Source of the DNA: the human T2T-CHM13v2.0 reference genome, Homo sapiens | Reading direction: 5' to 3' (one strand) | NCBI RefSeq assembly: GCF_009914755.1 | Contig: NC_060947.1 | Length of the DNA: 64,000 bases | Part shown: one piece after another, positions 1 to 19,796 of the stretch | Layout of the letters: each line of letters starts with the position of its first letter | How positions within the stretch are numbered: the first letter of the stretch is position 1 | The notes under the pieces: generated by a model | Told to the model about the DNA's origin: nothing | What the model saw: only the letters and a program-made list of their open reading frames with translations | Databases searched by the model: none | Translations under genes and position numbers: made by a program

Positions 1-4137
<4,137 letters not shown>

Positions 4138-4745
4138 TTAAATTGTTCTTAAGGCTCTTAAAACTTCTGTCAGGTTTTAAAGCTTCTGCCAGGAAGTAAC
4201 ATATATTACTTCTGCTTCTGCTCACACTTCATTGGCCAGAACAAGCCATATCGCCATGCCCAACTTCAAAGGAGATGGAGAAGTGTACTTCAGTCCTAGG
4301 CCCAGACTAGGGTGAAGCGAGCAAGGCACTCAGGGGCAGACTACTAACTTCTCATCACCATCCTCAATAATGGGTGGCTGACTCATTTTATTGATTTGAA
4401 TGAGTATGGTTAAATTTGAGAAGGACTATTTCAAACATTAAATTCATTGAATGAATACACTGGTCGATTCCTGGGCACATATACGATTCTCTTGATTTAA
4501 AGCACTTGTCTGGAAACCTTTCTCACTTACTCAAATTGTGAAATTATTCACATTGATAAAACCTTCTACTCTGGGGATCAGAATAATAGATGTTATTACA
4601 GATGACGGTTTTATTTGATCTTCTAAAACTGTTTGTCATCCATTGGTTCTAAAATTGTTCCTCAGTATAATTTGGAGCAGTTAAAACAGCAGAAAATACA
4701 TAATTGGAATGAAAGCTCATTTGTTGGGATGCTTTTCTCTTCTAG

Positions 4746-4822
4746 GTGAGGTGCAATTCCTACAGACCAGAAGCTGCCCGAGAACAAGTCCAAATTGGTG
4801 CTCACAGTCCCCCTCAGTTTAG
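4746..4822 (+). CDS. PHEX: PHEX penultimate coding exon (exon 21), M13 zinc metallopeptidase C-terminal region
   Basis: Acceptor cttttctcttctag, 77 nt encoding VRCNSYRPEAAREQVQIGAHSPPQF(R), donor gtaaat. Matches the PHEX protein sequence as I recall it, including the neprilysin-family HSP motif. Confidence 0.97.
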
Positions 4823-6677
4823 GTAAATGGGCAAATGGGTGACGGCAGTTTTTAACTGTACATCTCCCCCCTTCCTCCCCCACCCAGCCATCCAAGGGCT
4901 CTACCAGATAGGTGATCTGAAAAAAATCCCACATTGTGGACGTGTGATTTCCATTTTGCAGCCAAAAAATATCTGGCCACACGGAAACTAAATATCTTCT
5001 TTCATTAGTAGTAAGCTGGTTTAGTCAGCACTCTCTCACCTGAATTTCTGCTGATGGTACCTGTACATATCTAGTCTAGTGCTACATCAAGTGCCAGTGA
5101 GACTATACAAGACTCCAGAGGTAATTCGGAATCCGAATCATAGCTTTAGTATTACATCCCATTATCTTCTAGTTTTTGAAAGAGTCTCAGTAAACTGCAT
5201 TATTGGACTTACTCAACTGCTTACTTTTTTGTCCAAAAAAATAGCCTTTATTGTCTTAGGAAAGGATGAGATTTGATGTACTCTGCCTTAAAACACCTAG
5301 CGCTCTGGTTTATTTTGTTTTAAAGAATATCCCCTTTAATACCTCTTGTTCTTTCACACAGTCAACCAGCAAACATGAATGAATGGCCACTTTCTAAATA
5401 GCTCTGAACACAAAGGAGGATACAAAGTATTATTCAGCAATTATAATTTATATCTAGAGTTAGAGAGTCTACATTTTGGCTTTCAGGTGGGATCATATTT
5501 TGAAACGGTAGCTTATACAAAAAAGGAAAAGGATTATGAATTGCAGTCTTATTTGTCAGAATGTATAAAACATTAAGTACAAATAAAATTAAAAGTTAAT
5601 ATTACTCACCCTGTACTCGGTCGTACAGGTTGACAGAAATTTTCTATAGTACCGGAAAGATAAGTATGATGAGAAACCCAAAAACCATAATAATTTATAT
5701 GTATTCATTCTTTGTTTAGGGCATTATATCTGGATATCTTTATATTTAATGTTTAAACAGATCCATTAGCATATTGCAAGAAAGCCATCTAAAATTTCTT
5801 CTATATGTTAAAATCTTATTCTTAAGATCTTGCCTTAGAAATGCTTCAGAAATTGACTATAAATTACCCACTAGCATAAAAATCTAATCACTATGTTGGA
5901 AATTTCTCCCCCACTGGGCTAAACTGTCATGAAGGCTGACGGTCTCGAACGTACTAAAATGTGTTCCCACTGACCAATGGTGCAGATGAACTCACACAGT
6001 AGATTAATTACTCAACAGATAAGTTTTCAGAAACTTATTTCCTTTAACTAGTTGCCTGTAATGTTGAATTTTACAGTGCATGCTTACTAATTATCAACTG
6101 TATTCTATCTTTAACACTTGCCTAGGGTGAATCACACTATGAAATATGCATCCCTACCCATATATTCAGCTAAAACAACAAGAGGTTATGAGGATTTTTT
6201 GGATACAGTCCATTACATTTATGCAAATGCCCGTAGGTAACAAAGTCATTAGGGAAGAAATAGTCAGGGACTGAGAATGCTGAGTCTCTAGTCAACCCTT
6301 TGAACACGGAGTTGAGTAAGAAATAGAAGGGGGGAAGTTTTTTGTGTGTGTGTGTGCTGGCTTGTTACTGAGGTCTGCAGTAACTATAGATTTTGAGTGC
6401 AGCAGAAATCACACAATGGCAATACCACTTCCAAAAGGCAGCTACAATCAAAGTGCTGAGTAGGAATCCAGTCTTTGCTGTAGTTGGAAGCCTGTAAGAA
6501 TGTGACATATTGGAGCTAACTCCAGTGAAGAATTATCAGTAATAACTAGATACCATTCATTAATTGACTGATTGTTGCATTAATCAAATTCTGGGCAACT
6601 GTGAGCTTCCCATACCTAACACTAATTCAGAGAAAATGTTTTGCAGATTGAATGAATTCTTTAAAAATAGCTGGAAA

Positions 6678-6985
6678 TGCAACAACATGGATGACTCTTA
6701 TAGACATTATATTCAGTGAAAGAAATCAAAGACCAAACAGTACATACCATGGATTCCATTCACATGAAGTTCAAAATCAGGCAAAGCTATGGCAATAGAA
6801 GTCAGAATAGTAGGTTATCTTGGGAGATGCTGTTGGTATGGAACAGGCAGGAGCCTTCTGGGTGCTGGAATGTCTTGATCTGGCAGATAGTAATATGGGC
6901 ATATACACACAAAAACTGGCAAGTCCTACGTTTAATATTTTGCATACTTTATGTCAGTTATACTTTCCATAAAGTTTTTAAAAAG
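6678..6985 (+). mobile_element. Old L1M (L1MC/ME-like) 3' fragment
   Basis: gcaacaacatggatgactct...agtgaaagaaatca...gaagtcagaatagt resembles L1M 3' ends. Confidence 0.7.
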
Positions 6986-7159
6986 TTAGAAAAACTAATA
7001 TTGGTGATGATACAGTTTTAAAAGAATTTTGAAGACTGTTCGAAGAGTAATAGGGGCATGTGCTTGGCATTCAGGAGATGCTGGATCTAGTCTGTTAATT
7101 TTTTCTGGAAATTTACTTAATCATTTTGGGCTTTAGTTGTCTCCCTGTAAACAGATTAA

Positions 7160-7366
<207 letters not shown>

Positions 7367-7599
7367 CTGGGACGCTGGTTTATGGCATCCTGAGACAGTT
7401 GCACAGTGCCAGCGGAGGCTGCACTGAGCCTTCATCGCCCATTGCTTTAGGCCTGGAGACTTTCATTTTTAGTGCATTTTCATTATTTGGGTAGGTGACC
7501 TGCTTGGATCTAGACAGCATCTGTTCAAAGTTGTAGGGCTTATAAAGTGGAATATAAGAATGAACTAAGTATGTTTCTTTAGAAAATCAAACCAACAAA

Positions 7600-7605
7600 A
7601 ATAAA
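7600..7605 (+). promoter_or_regulatory. PHEX: PHEX proximal polyadenylation signal AATAAA
   Basis: AATAAA 234 nt after the stop codon, followed by U/GU-rich sequence. Confidence 0.8.
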
Positions 7606-8618
7606 TCCCTAGGCTACTTTTGTTAAAATGCTATCTGCTAAATTGTTGCTATTGTCCATTTTAGGGTGTTGGCCACAGTTATGTGGTACATAGCATTTCA
7701 ATCTATAGCTTTGTGGGAAGCCTAAATTGATGTATCCTTTAAAAGTTCAATCTATTAAACTTGTAGCCTCTCAATGATGAAGACATGTGCATGAATACCT
7801 GGGAGGGCTTGCTGCTCTGTGGAATGCAGTGCACGTTTTTATGGACAGTAATTACACAGCATTCCTCAACTGTAAGGTAGTTAAATTAGAAATATGTTTG
7901 ATCTCCATTTTACACTTTTTGATGAAGTTCTTGCCTTCAGCTTTGGAGTCTGTTGGAATGAAACTGTGTCTCACAGCTTGCATCTGATGTAGCAGATTGC
8001 CCTGTTCAAGTCAGCATGAACAAAGCTCGCAGAAAGGCTACTAGGTAACGGATTTGAGTTTATTCAGTAGAAAAAAAGGGAATGAGGACATATCTTTAGG
8101 TCCCAGAAGCAGCAAAACCTCCTAGTTACATAACAGCAGGGAAACTAGGAGATGAAATCTCCAAAATTTTGTCCAGTCTGTATGAACTGCAGTGATTGTC
8201 TGTCTGCTAGACACTTTTTTTTAGCCTAATTCTTGTTCGTTTCATTACCTTCATATGTGTGCATTGTACTGGTTTTGAAATGAGCAGACATTGAGAAAAC
8301 AATTTTCTGATTCCCCATTAGGAACATATGATTTTCATTTCCCTTTAGTGCAAAGGAACAAACATCACATTGAGGAGGGAGAAGTGTACCCTTCTTTTTC
8401 AGCTTAATGTTACCTCTCTTTAAAAAAAAAACATTTTTGAAAAATTTCTTGACTGATGACATTCTAGAATTTATTGATTCAATTTAAAATTCCCTGCATA
8501 GTCCAAATAAACATAATTTTTACTCTTCAAGTCATCTAAAGAGTTGTGAGAAAGAGCAGTACTATGTGTTTTATCCTTAGAGCATTATCCTTCTAAGTGA
8601 ACTCCTTTCTTATTACTG

Positions 8619-8621
<3 letters not shown>

Positions 8622-8653
<32 letters not shown>
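8622..8653. repeat. (GT)16 microsatellite
   Basis: Read directly from the sequence. Confidence 0.95.
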
Positions 8654-8655
<2 letters not shown>

Positions 8656-8855
8656 GATAAAATTGTAATGGCCTTAAAGTTGTTACCTGGCATTTTTGGT
8701 TTCTTAAAATAGGCATCCCCCTACTCCCTTTACATTATTCATTAGACATGAGGTGCTGGGTTAAGTGGGCCAATAGGAAAATCTCAAAAGCAAAATGACA
8801 AATTCAGATTAACCACAGGAAGCCATTGTGTGTCCCTGTGATTTGTGATTCTTTT

Positions 8856-8860
8856 AAAAA

Positions 8861-8900
<40 letters not shown>
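8856..8900. repeat. A-run plus (AT)n microsatellite
   Basis: Read directly from the sequence. Confidence 0.95.
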
Positions 8901-8906
<6 letters not shown>

Positions 8907-11732
8907 CTACCTAAGTGTGTGCCATGTCCTTTTGTAGCCATGGGAACGTTTGAATGGAGAAAAATGGAGGGGCACCATCATGAGGAAACAATTATACTGC
9001 ATTAGTCAGAGGAGAGCGATTTTCCCTTTGACTTCTTCCTCTCTGAATGGATAAACTTGTGAAGGGCAGCTACCTTGTCCTCCTCTTAACCTGGCTTAAT
9101 GTGACCTTAGTTTGTATTTCCAAAAACAAGCAGTATTAGGTTGGAATTGTATGTGTCTTTTCTCTGGAGGAAGCATTCTGACTTGGTTTAGACATATAAG
9201 ATACTCTGTTTTATTCCTGGACTTGGGTGTTTAAAATCAGCTGAGGTTTATCATGCTTATATGAATAGTGTTTCCCTTCTAGATTTCCTTTATAAACTCC
9301 AAATAAACACATTCCTGCAGGTCAGAGAAAGTGTTTGATAAAAGCATAGAATTATGGCTTTGGAAAGACAAACTAAGTCACTTGTTGGTTTAGCAAAACT
9401 GGTTGGTGATTAGTTGGGGCCCTCACAGTTTCTAGATGAGAAGCTTACCTTATCCTGATTAACTTTACTTGCTGTAACTGTTATACCGAAAATTGTAGGT
9501 AGGATGTCCATTACTCAAACAAAGCAGAACAAAACAACAAACCAAAAGCAGCAATACCAAATCATCACTACTAGCTAGAACAATGAGAAGGATTGAATTT
9601 CCAAATACATGCTTATGTTTAACTCAACTCTTCCAATTACATTCTCATTGTCCTTTCTCTTGGATACCGATTGCTAAGATAAACAGACACTGATTAAGTG
9701 GTAGAAAGAGAAAGGTAAAATGCAACTGGAAGGGAAAGAAAAAAGTAGGGAGAAGCTGGCCTATGGATGTGGCTTTGAAGAGAAGACAGGATTTTGGCAT
9801 TCCTTGCTAAGCACGTTCAATGGAGGAGAGCCATGAAGTTTTACAAAAATAATTATGGTAAATTAAAAGGATATTAGATATTGGATCTCAGACTAGGGCT
9901 GCTATAATACAGTTCTCTGATTCGCACACCAGATGTTCTGCCAGCGAACTGTTGTCTGGGCATTGGAAGGAGTTAGGTTTTTTGTGTTTGTGAAAATCTC
10001 CTGGATTAGTAAAAAAATTTTCTAGATATAAAGTGGTTTTATTTGGGCTCATGACCATTGCCCAAAGTGTACTGAGCTTTTCACTAAGTGCTCAGCATTG
10101 GCCTCCTGTTCTCATTTATTCATTTTATGAGATGGACTTGGACATCACTAATGCAAACACAGGATTCATAAATTATTCTGAAGTTTATTTAGTGCCTTGC
10201 CTCAATGGAGCTTAAAGCATAGCACATAAATTTTATCTTATTTAGCCCTGGAGCATCACTAAGAAGCAGCTAGGAACTATGGCTTGCCAGACAGATTATG
10301 CTTGTGCCAGAGAAGTGGAGAAGCCTGAAATCCCTTGTCAAGTATTCCACAGGAAGGAAAGGTAGTCTTTGGGCTTTGGTCTACTGACCTGTGGATTAAA
10401 CTCTATCCCTTAGATTATCCCATTTCTAAATACATTTATTCAATCAGTATTTCTATAATCACTTAGCATTTGATAGGCTTCTTCCTTGATACATTTAACA
10501 TAACGCCTCAGTTGCATATTACATTATGGAAGAATATACGATTGCTTCATATAACAACATTCTCATCACCAGTGACAGTGTCCTACTGGTTTGAAGAAAG
10601 ATATTCTTGGATTATGTGTTTTATATCTAAATGGTTATTCTGAGACTGGTTGTATTTTCTTCTCCTACTCGTGAAACGATGTGAACAAGCATTTTAAGGA
10701 CAATAAAAAGTTAGCTGGTTGAAGGCTTTCTGTGTCTTTCTTTTTTAAAAATATTAAAATCTATTAGATCTGTTAACATATTCCGTCCTGTTTTACACAA
10801 CATTTGCCAAAAAATAGTGTACAATAACTATACTTACTAGCTTTCTTGGCTTAGAAAAGTGAGATTTGAATGCAGTAACTTTCTCCATAGACAAGAAGGT
10901 ATTTAAGAGGTTGTCATTATATTTTCTTCCAGAATGTAAGTCAGCAGATACGGTTTATTGCCTTTGTAATAATATTTCTATAGAGAAAGTGATGCCTCTG
11001 AGGAAATTATCAGCGATGACAGGGGATAGGGCTGATCTCACAAAAGTGACAATGAACATCACAGTTACTATCAAATCAAACAATCTCTGTGTTATCATCA
11101 TTCTTTAACAATCCAGTCAATTTATAGTTATTCATTCAGCACACAGTAACTGAGCACCCATTATATTTAAATCACCAAACTAGCTATATTTAGGTGGATA
11201 ATATACAGTGTCTGGGCTTCAGTGAACAGTCTGGTCTAACATGGGAGATGGATATATAAACTGTTTCAATTACCCTACTGAGTGATTATGATATATAAGT
11301 AAATCAGGTTGTGGTTTGGAACACAGAGAAAGAATTCTTCAACTTTTGTCTGGTGGATACTATTGGTGTTTCCTCTGCGCAGATCCCAGCAAATTCCTTT
11401 TACTGGGTGGCCTTATCTCATCTTCGGTCTGCTTTTGTTTCTAATTGGCTGTGGCTCTCTAGGATGGCTGCCCTCATGCTACTGGAGCCTCTTTGCCCAA
11501 TGCACTTTCAGAGAACTGGAAGTGCCTCGTGACCCTTAGACAGTGACTGAGTGGTATGGGACTCCGCATGCCTGACTACCTCCCGGAGTTCAGACAAATC
11601 CAGAGGCATACAATAGAATTTATACTGATTTCTCTGTGGTGTCTTTCTTTTAGCATTATGCTGACAGTGCAAATTGAGTCCCCTGTTGATTAAACACCTT
11701 TCTGGCACTGATATGTTCTAAGATCTGGAAAA

Positions 11733-12066
<334 letters not shown>

Positions 12067-14214
12067 TCAGCCCTTCTGTGTAGTAGGTCATATCATCATC
12101 ATGTACAGGAAATGGACATCAGATGGCACAGACTGTGGGTAATAAGTAGCTGAGTATGGCCTGTTTGTGCCCTTCTTGGAGAGTTTATCCTAGTTTCTGA
12201 GCTGATCCATGAAATGGGAATTTTTGTGTATAGGGAAGTGGCACAAGGAAAGATGCATATAAATGACAGTGTTACATATGTATCTAAGTGGACCTGATCA
12301 AAATTTGCAAGAGGCTGTTTCCAATTAGGTTTAAGATATTTGCATGTGCCTCAAGTTCACTCGCTTTTTTTTATTAAGATCACACTAGCTGTAGAAACAG
12401 ATAATGGCTTAACCCAATTTATTTCTTGTTTTCATTACATACATAATGGATATTAATTATCAGTGAGTTTCTCTCCTCTAACTGGTGACTCAGGGACCCA
12501 GCCTCCTTCCATATTATGGTTCTGCCATTTTCAACACATGATTTAATGTATGCTCATCTATAAGAAGCCAGTGGAGGGAAAAAGGCCATGGAAGATACTG
12601 AGTGGAAGATTTGCAATTGTCCTTGAAGTTGTCTACATTACTTCTGTTCATATTCCATTGGCCAAATCTAACTGCAGGGGAGGCTGGGACATGTAGTCTA
12701 GCTGTGTGCCCAGAATGAAGAGCAAATGGGTTTAGTTCTCAGGGAGCATTCCCAGGCACACCTTATAAAGTGACGTATGGGGCAGTAACTTTGAGTTCTT
12801 CTGAATTTAGAAAATTGCTTTTGAGCACGGCACAATGAAAACTGAAAATGCCATTGGTAGCCTGCAGTTTATTCTGTAGGAGTCTTTTTAATTAACAGCT
12901 TAATTGGATAATTTAATCCCCGTTAGAATTGGAGATATGCAAATGAAAATGAGATACTCCCTATGATCTGACAATACTGTGCTTTAATAAACACACCAAA
13001 GTGAGCCTGGAAATGAGCACCACAAAAGCATTACCATGATTTGTGATCAGTGAAAGAAAACCTGATCTATAATTTTAATCATTCCTAAATGGTTTAGATA
13101 CATGTTTCATTTGAATGTGTATTTTGTTTTGTTAATTGGTTCAATTAGAAAGGTAACTGAACATAAGAATCTGTGGCAAAGCCATGAATTTATAATATGT
13201 TCTAAGCTTTTAAAATATATACCATTGAGAAAGTAACTAAAATACCCTACAAAATACTGTTGAAAGTGCAGTATTTTCCAGTATTTTCAGATAATTTATA
13301 TACAATAGTTTTTACTTCTCCATTGATTATGAGATGAAAAATACTACTTACCATATTCTTGTTATATGCTTTCTCCACTTGAATGAGAAATTGAGGCTCA
13401 GAGTCCAAGAAATGAAGATGAGTGTCCATGTACAAGCCACAAAAGTGCTGTTCTAATTAATTCTGGCCGGAGACTCCACTTTACAGAGAAAGAAAAACTG
13501 AGTAAGTTAAAATCCCAGTGTAAAAAGCTACCTAAAATATTGAGTATCATTTTCCCTGCCAGTTTGGCTGAAATGTCTGCAAATGTCCTAGACAAAAAAA
13601 GTGGTATAGTTTACCATTTGGAAGTACACTGTGTTAATTTCCAAATTGATTTAGAAGTCAGTGGAATCCCAGTACTTGGATAACAGTCAGACAGCCCTCC
13701 CACCCCAGTGACATTTGATGAATGTCAAAAATAGCCCAAAGCATATTTATTCCAAAGTTGACCAGATTTTCAATTGGCATTTGTATTTTTTTTTTTTTGG
13801 CCTAATAATAATCGTAGTGAAAATGGCTTCTGTTTGTTGACACCCACTATGTCCTAGGCACTCTGCTGGGGCATGCCTGCTTTATGGCCAGTCCTCACAA
13901 CAATCTTGCACATAGTTGTTGCTATTCCAACTTCACAGGTGAGAAACACGTGACTTGTCAAGATCACATTAGTAACTGCAAGAGCCAGAAACAGTCAGTT
14001 TTGTCTAACTTCAGAGCCCATTCTCGAATGTTCTCCTGGGATATAGAACAATGTTAACATGATTGTAACCTGTGACTTACTGAAGACTTCAGGTTATACT
14101 TCTATAGTAATCTGTTAGAAAATAATGTAAAGATAGGAGTCAGTTTACAATAATTTATACTTACTGGTAGTTTCAAGTCCTTCAGAAAGGATTCTAGATA
14201 CTGCTCTTTACTGA

Positions 14215-14430
14215 TAATGCTTGTTACCATTTATTATCTATAACGTGCCAAACATGTACTAAATACCTTATTTATATTATCTAATTTAATTATCACAACA
14301 ACTGGGATACATATTATTATCTCTACTTCACAGGTAAGAGACCTGAGGCTTGGAGAGGTTAATGACTTCATTCATGATCATTTAGCTAGCAGCTGGCAGC
14401 ATGGATTTGAATCCAGTTTGGTCTAAGTGC
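14215..14430 (-). mobile_element. MIR SINE
   Basis: Reverse core match (ttattatctctacttcacaggtaagagacctgaggct). A similar MIR lies at ~13805-14020. Confidence 0.7.
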
Positions 14431-14690
14431 TTTCTTAGGCAAACATTAACTATGGTAACTCTTAAGTCCTGGATGTCCAGGCTGGGGCATCCCCTCAGTT
14501 CAGCTGGCAGACCTCCCTGAAATCTACCTGTGATCAGCCCCATGATTACCCTCACCCTGTCTGTTCAGTCCCTGAAACCGAAAAGTTTGCAGGTTACTTT
14601 CTCCAGACAACAAAATCTTTGTGGCCCTGCCTATGGGTAGTTGAGAGACTTTCAAGCAGTCACCTTGGTTTTGACCCTATGATGCATTCT

Positions 14691-15800
<1,110 letters not shown>

Positions 15801-16879
15801 TATCATGCATTCTGACATTTGCTGTTACCTAGAGCTTCCAAATCCTGAGGCATTCTGGTATTCTACAGAGTATTTCAGTTTGCTTCTAGTAGGGGGGTCT
15901 AATATTTTTGTCTATGTAGGTTTATACCTTTCAAAAGATATATTTTTAGCTTTTTGAAGTGAGAGGGTGAGCAGATCTGCATCCGAGTCTCCTACATTCA
16001 ACTGGAAGTCTACATTTAATTTTTTAAATGGGGATATTTAATAAAAATTTATTTGGAAAGAAATGCTGCTATAGATACAGTTCTATATGGAATTATTGCC
16101 TTTCCCCGGTAATGTCTGTAACTAAAGAGTCTAAAGTTTCCTTTAAACTGTTGAATACTAGGAGGTTTTATTTTACACAGAAACCCATCCTATTTTTTCT
16201 TAGTTAATTTAATAAAATAAACACACACGAACATTTGGTATTTTTCATTTCTCCTAAAGACATAGAACTTAGCCTTTGGAGAATTCATCAGAGATTGAAG
16301 GAACCTATCTCTGTGTACCTTCCGAAGTTGCCTAGAGTGGATTTGTCACAAATGCTGTGGAGGAAATTTTTACATATCAACAAGGGCTAAGCTCGCTCCT
16401 TGGAGATTCACATTTCAACTCTCATTTGCACACACATAGAGTCTCTGGTGCAGATTGAGTTTGAGTTAATGCACATAGCTTGTTGGGAAGAAATCAATCA
16501 AAAACCTTTTTAAGGATAAATGGTTCTTTAGGAACAGAAAGTTCAGTATCTCAATTTTATTATAAGCATTGAATAAAAACCATTTTAAAACATGCAGCAT
16601 ATTAAAACTACAAAAGGCGCTAATAATAAAGGTATTCCCTCACCTAGGTCAGTTGGTGATATGTACTAAGTGATATTTAGAATAAGGAAAAAAATCAACT
16701 GTCATTTAATGTCTGCCTACAACACATGAGGCAGAGTGCTAGTTGTCATATTGCAATTTGAGTAATCCAGGACTCTGGTGACTTTAGCCCAAAACTTCAC
16801 GAACAGTATTATAACAGCCTTGTCATTCCTACGCTTAAGAAACCTTTAGCGATGTTTTTCATGGTGTTTACAATAACAT

Positions 16880-17685
16880 CGAAACAACTTTCCCTGACTT
16901 AAAGGGCCTACAGGACCTGGCTCTCTGTTTCTGCTGTCACTTCTTCATAGCCTTTTTCTAGCTCCATTGGTGGTCTTTCTGTTTCTGTAAATTTACTAAA
17001 CTTTCTCCTACCTTCTCAGTCTCAGGGCCTTTGCTGCTTTGCCTGAAATGCTTTTTGTATGTCTTTCACATAACTTCATTGAAATTAGGCCCCTTAACTA
17101 TGTAGTCTATCACCTCACCTGCCTCACACCTTCATAGATCTTACCACTGTTGCTAGTTTTCTCCTTCCTTCCTCCCTCCCTCCTTCCCTCTCTCTCTTCT
17201 TTCCTATTGTTTGTCTTCCTCCACTGTCTTGTAAGTCCCATGATATTAAAACTTTCTCCGGGGCTAGGCATGTTGACCCGTACCTGTAATCCCAGCACTT
17301 TGGGAGGCCGAGGTGGGAGAATTGCTTGAGGCCAGGAGTTTGAGACCAGACTGGGCAATATACTGAGACCCAGCTTCTAAAAAAAAAAAAAAAAAAAAAA
17401 ATTAGCTTGGCATTGTGGAGCATACCTGTAGTCCTAGCTACTCAGGAAGCTGAAGCTGGAGGATAGCTTGAGATCAGGAGGTTGAAGCTGCAGTGAGGTA
17501 TGATTGTGCCACTGCACTCCAGCCTGGATGACACAGTGAGACCCCGTCTCTAAACCAAAACAAAACAAAAAAAATAAGCCTTTCTTTTGTTTATTACTAT
17601 ATTTCTAGCATCACCACTATATTTCCAGCACTCAGAACAGGGTCTGAAAAATAATAGGCCCTTGAATACACATTTAGTAAATGTG
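16880..17685 (+). mobile_element. L2 3' fragment, interrupted by an AluJ
   Basis: ctcagggcctttgc...gcctgaaatgct and the terminal cagcactcagaacagggtctga...ataggccc...catttagtaaatg. Confidence 0.6.
17260..17575 (+). mobile_element. AluJ-like element with an expanded central A-tract
   Basis: Diverged dimeric Alu with a pure A-run at ~17379-17401 in the linker. Confidence 0.92.
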
Positions 17686-17689
17686 TTCT

Positions 17690-18360
17690 TTCATTTCACC
17701 CATAAATATTGATCATTTACTACGTGCTTGGCACTCTTTAGGGGCTGCTGAGGATATTGCAGTAAACCAAACAGATAGAAGGTCTTGCTTCCATAGAGCT
17801 TATACTCTAGGAGACAGACAATAAAATAAATAAGTGAAACATGATATAGTAGATGGTAATACTTGTTATGGAGGAGAGAAGAGGATATAATATGTGGATG
17901 TCAGAGTGTTGCAAATTTAAATAGCACGGTCATGAAGATGTTTGAGCAAGAACCTATCTTGGAGAAGAGCCTTCTTGGCAGAGGCAGGAGTGAGTCCAAA
18001 GACTTAGTGGTAGGAGCATCCCAGGACATTTGTAGAAGAGCAAGGAAACTAGTGTGGCTGGAGCAGAGCGAGCAAGGAAGAGTGCAGAATGAGATGATGT
18101 CAGGATGAAAACAACAACATTCAGCTTGTCTATGGTCATATAGGCTGCTGCAAGAACTCTTCTTCTCACTCTGTGTGAGATGGGAAGCCACTGGAGAATT
18201 TTGAGCAGAAAAGTGACAAGATCCAACCTATGATTTCCATGATGACTCTGGCTGTGTTGAGAATAGACCGTGGCTGAACAGGGGAAGAAGCATGAAGACC
18301 AGTTAGGAAGTGGTTGCCATCATCCCAGCAAGAAATGATGGTGGCCGTGTCGAGGAGAGG
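17690..18360 (-). mobile_element. L2 3' fragment
   Basis: Reverse L2 tail (aaatattgatcatttactacgtgcttggcact...gggaagccactggagaattttgagcag). Confidence 0.75.
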
Positions 18361-18580
18361 AGCAGGGGAGGAAATGAGTGAATGAACGATAATAAAATTT
18401 AAGAAAGAAACGCTCCATCATCCTGTTACTTTGAAATTTCCGCCTATTTCTTTTGTATTTGTGTTTTTCCATAGCCCCATGTATAAATATATGGCATAAT
18501 TTTTATTCAGAGGATAATATGATTTTGAATCTTTTTCATCTAATAGCATCGGCCTGCGTCCATAGGTGCTTCAAAATCTT

Positions 18581-18901
<321 letters not shown>

Positions 18902-19346
18902 TGATATTCTTTAGAGTTTCTGTGACATAATTTGTTCAATTATTTCTATTTAGAAATTTATTATTGATTTCATTTATCACTATTGTAAATAATAGAGATT
19001 AAAATCTTGATATGTAGATTTATTTTCTTTCCTATAGGTTGTTTCCTTAAAATAAATACTTAAGAGTAAATTTACTTCATCAAAGGATGCAGGTATATGC
19101 TGTTGTGGCTTTTGAAATGCACTAACAAATTGCGTTCTAACAAGGTTGTATGCATGCGGGTACCTACCGGTTTTACAATAGAACTGGATCAGAAGTAGGT
19201 CCTGCTCGTAAGAAAGTTACAATATAATGTGGGAAGAAGATGTGTAAACCATCAGCTGTAATAAAAAGCACAATGAAGAACAGTGTAAGAAGGTACCACA
19301 TTTAGAAAAACCTTATCAGCTTTAGGTGTTATTAATTTCATTTTTA

Positions 19347-19681
<335 letters not shown>

Positions 19682-19796
19682 GCGTGACTGGTTGTTTAAT
19701 TTTACCAATTTGCTTTTTTGTTTTTACCTCTCTTGATATAAATTACCCACATATCAAGGCCCTTCACCCATTAGGCTATTAAGATTTTGATTTTTT

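Larger units (their letters stand above)
7367..10725 (+). other. PHEX: PHEX long 3'UTR ending at a distal poly(A) site
   Basis: Largely repeat-free AT-rich stretch. AATAAA at 10702-10707 is followed by a strong GU/U-rich element (ctttctgtgtctttcttttt). The end position is inferred. Confidence 0.65.

Noticed and set aside
5609-5630. Short hairpin cctgtac-tcggtc-gtacagg next to a minus-strand GGTGAGT
   Set aside because: A 7-bp stem is expected by chance in 64 kb, and there is no further support.
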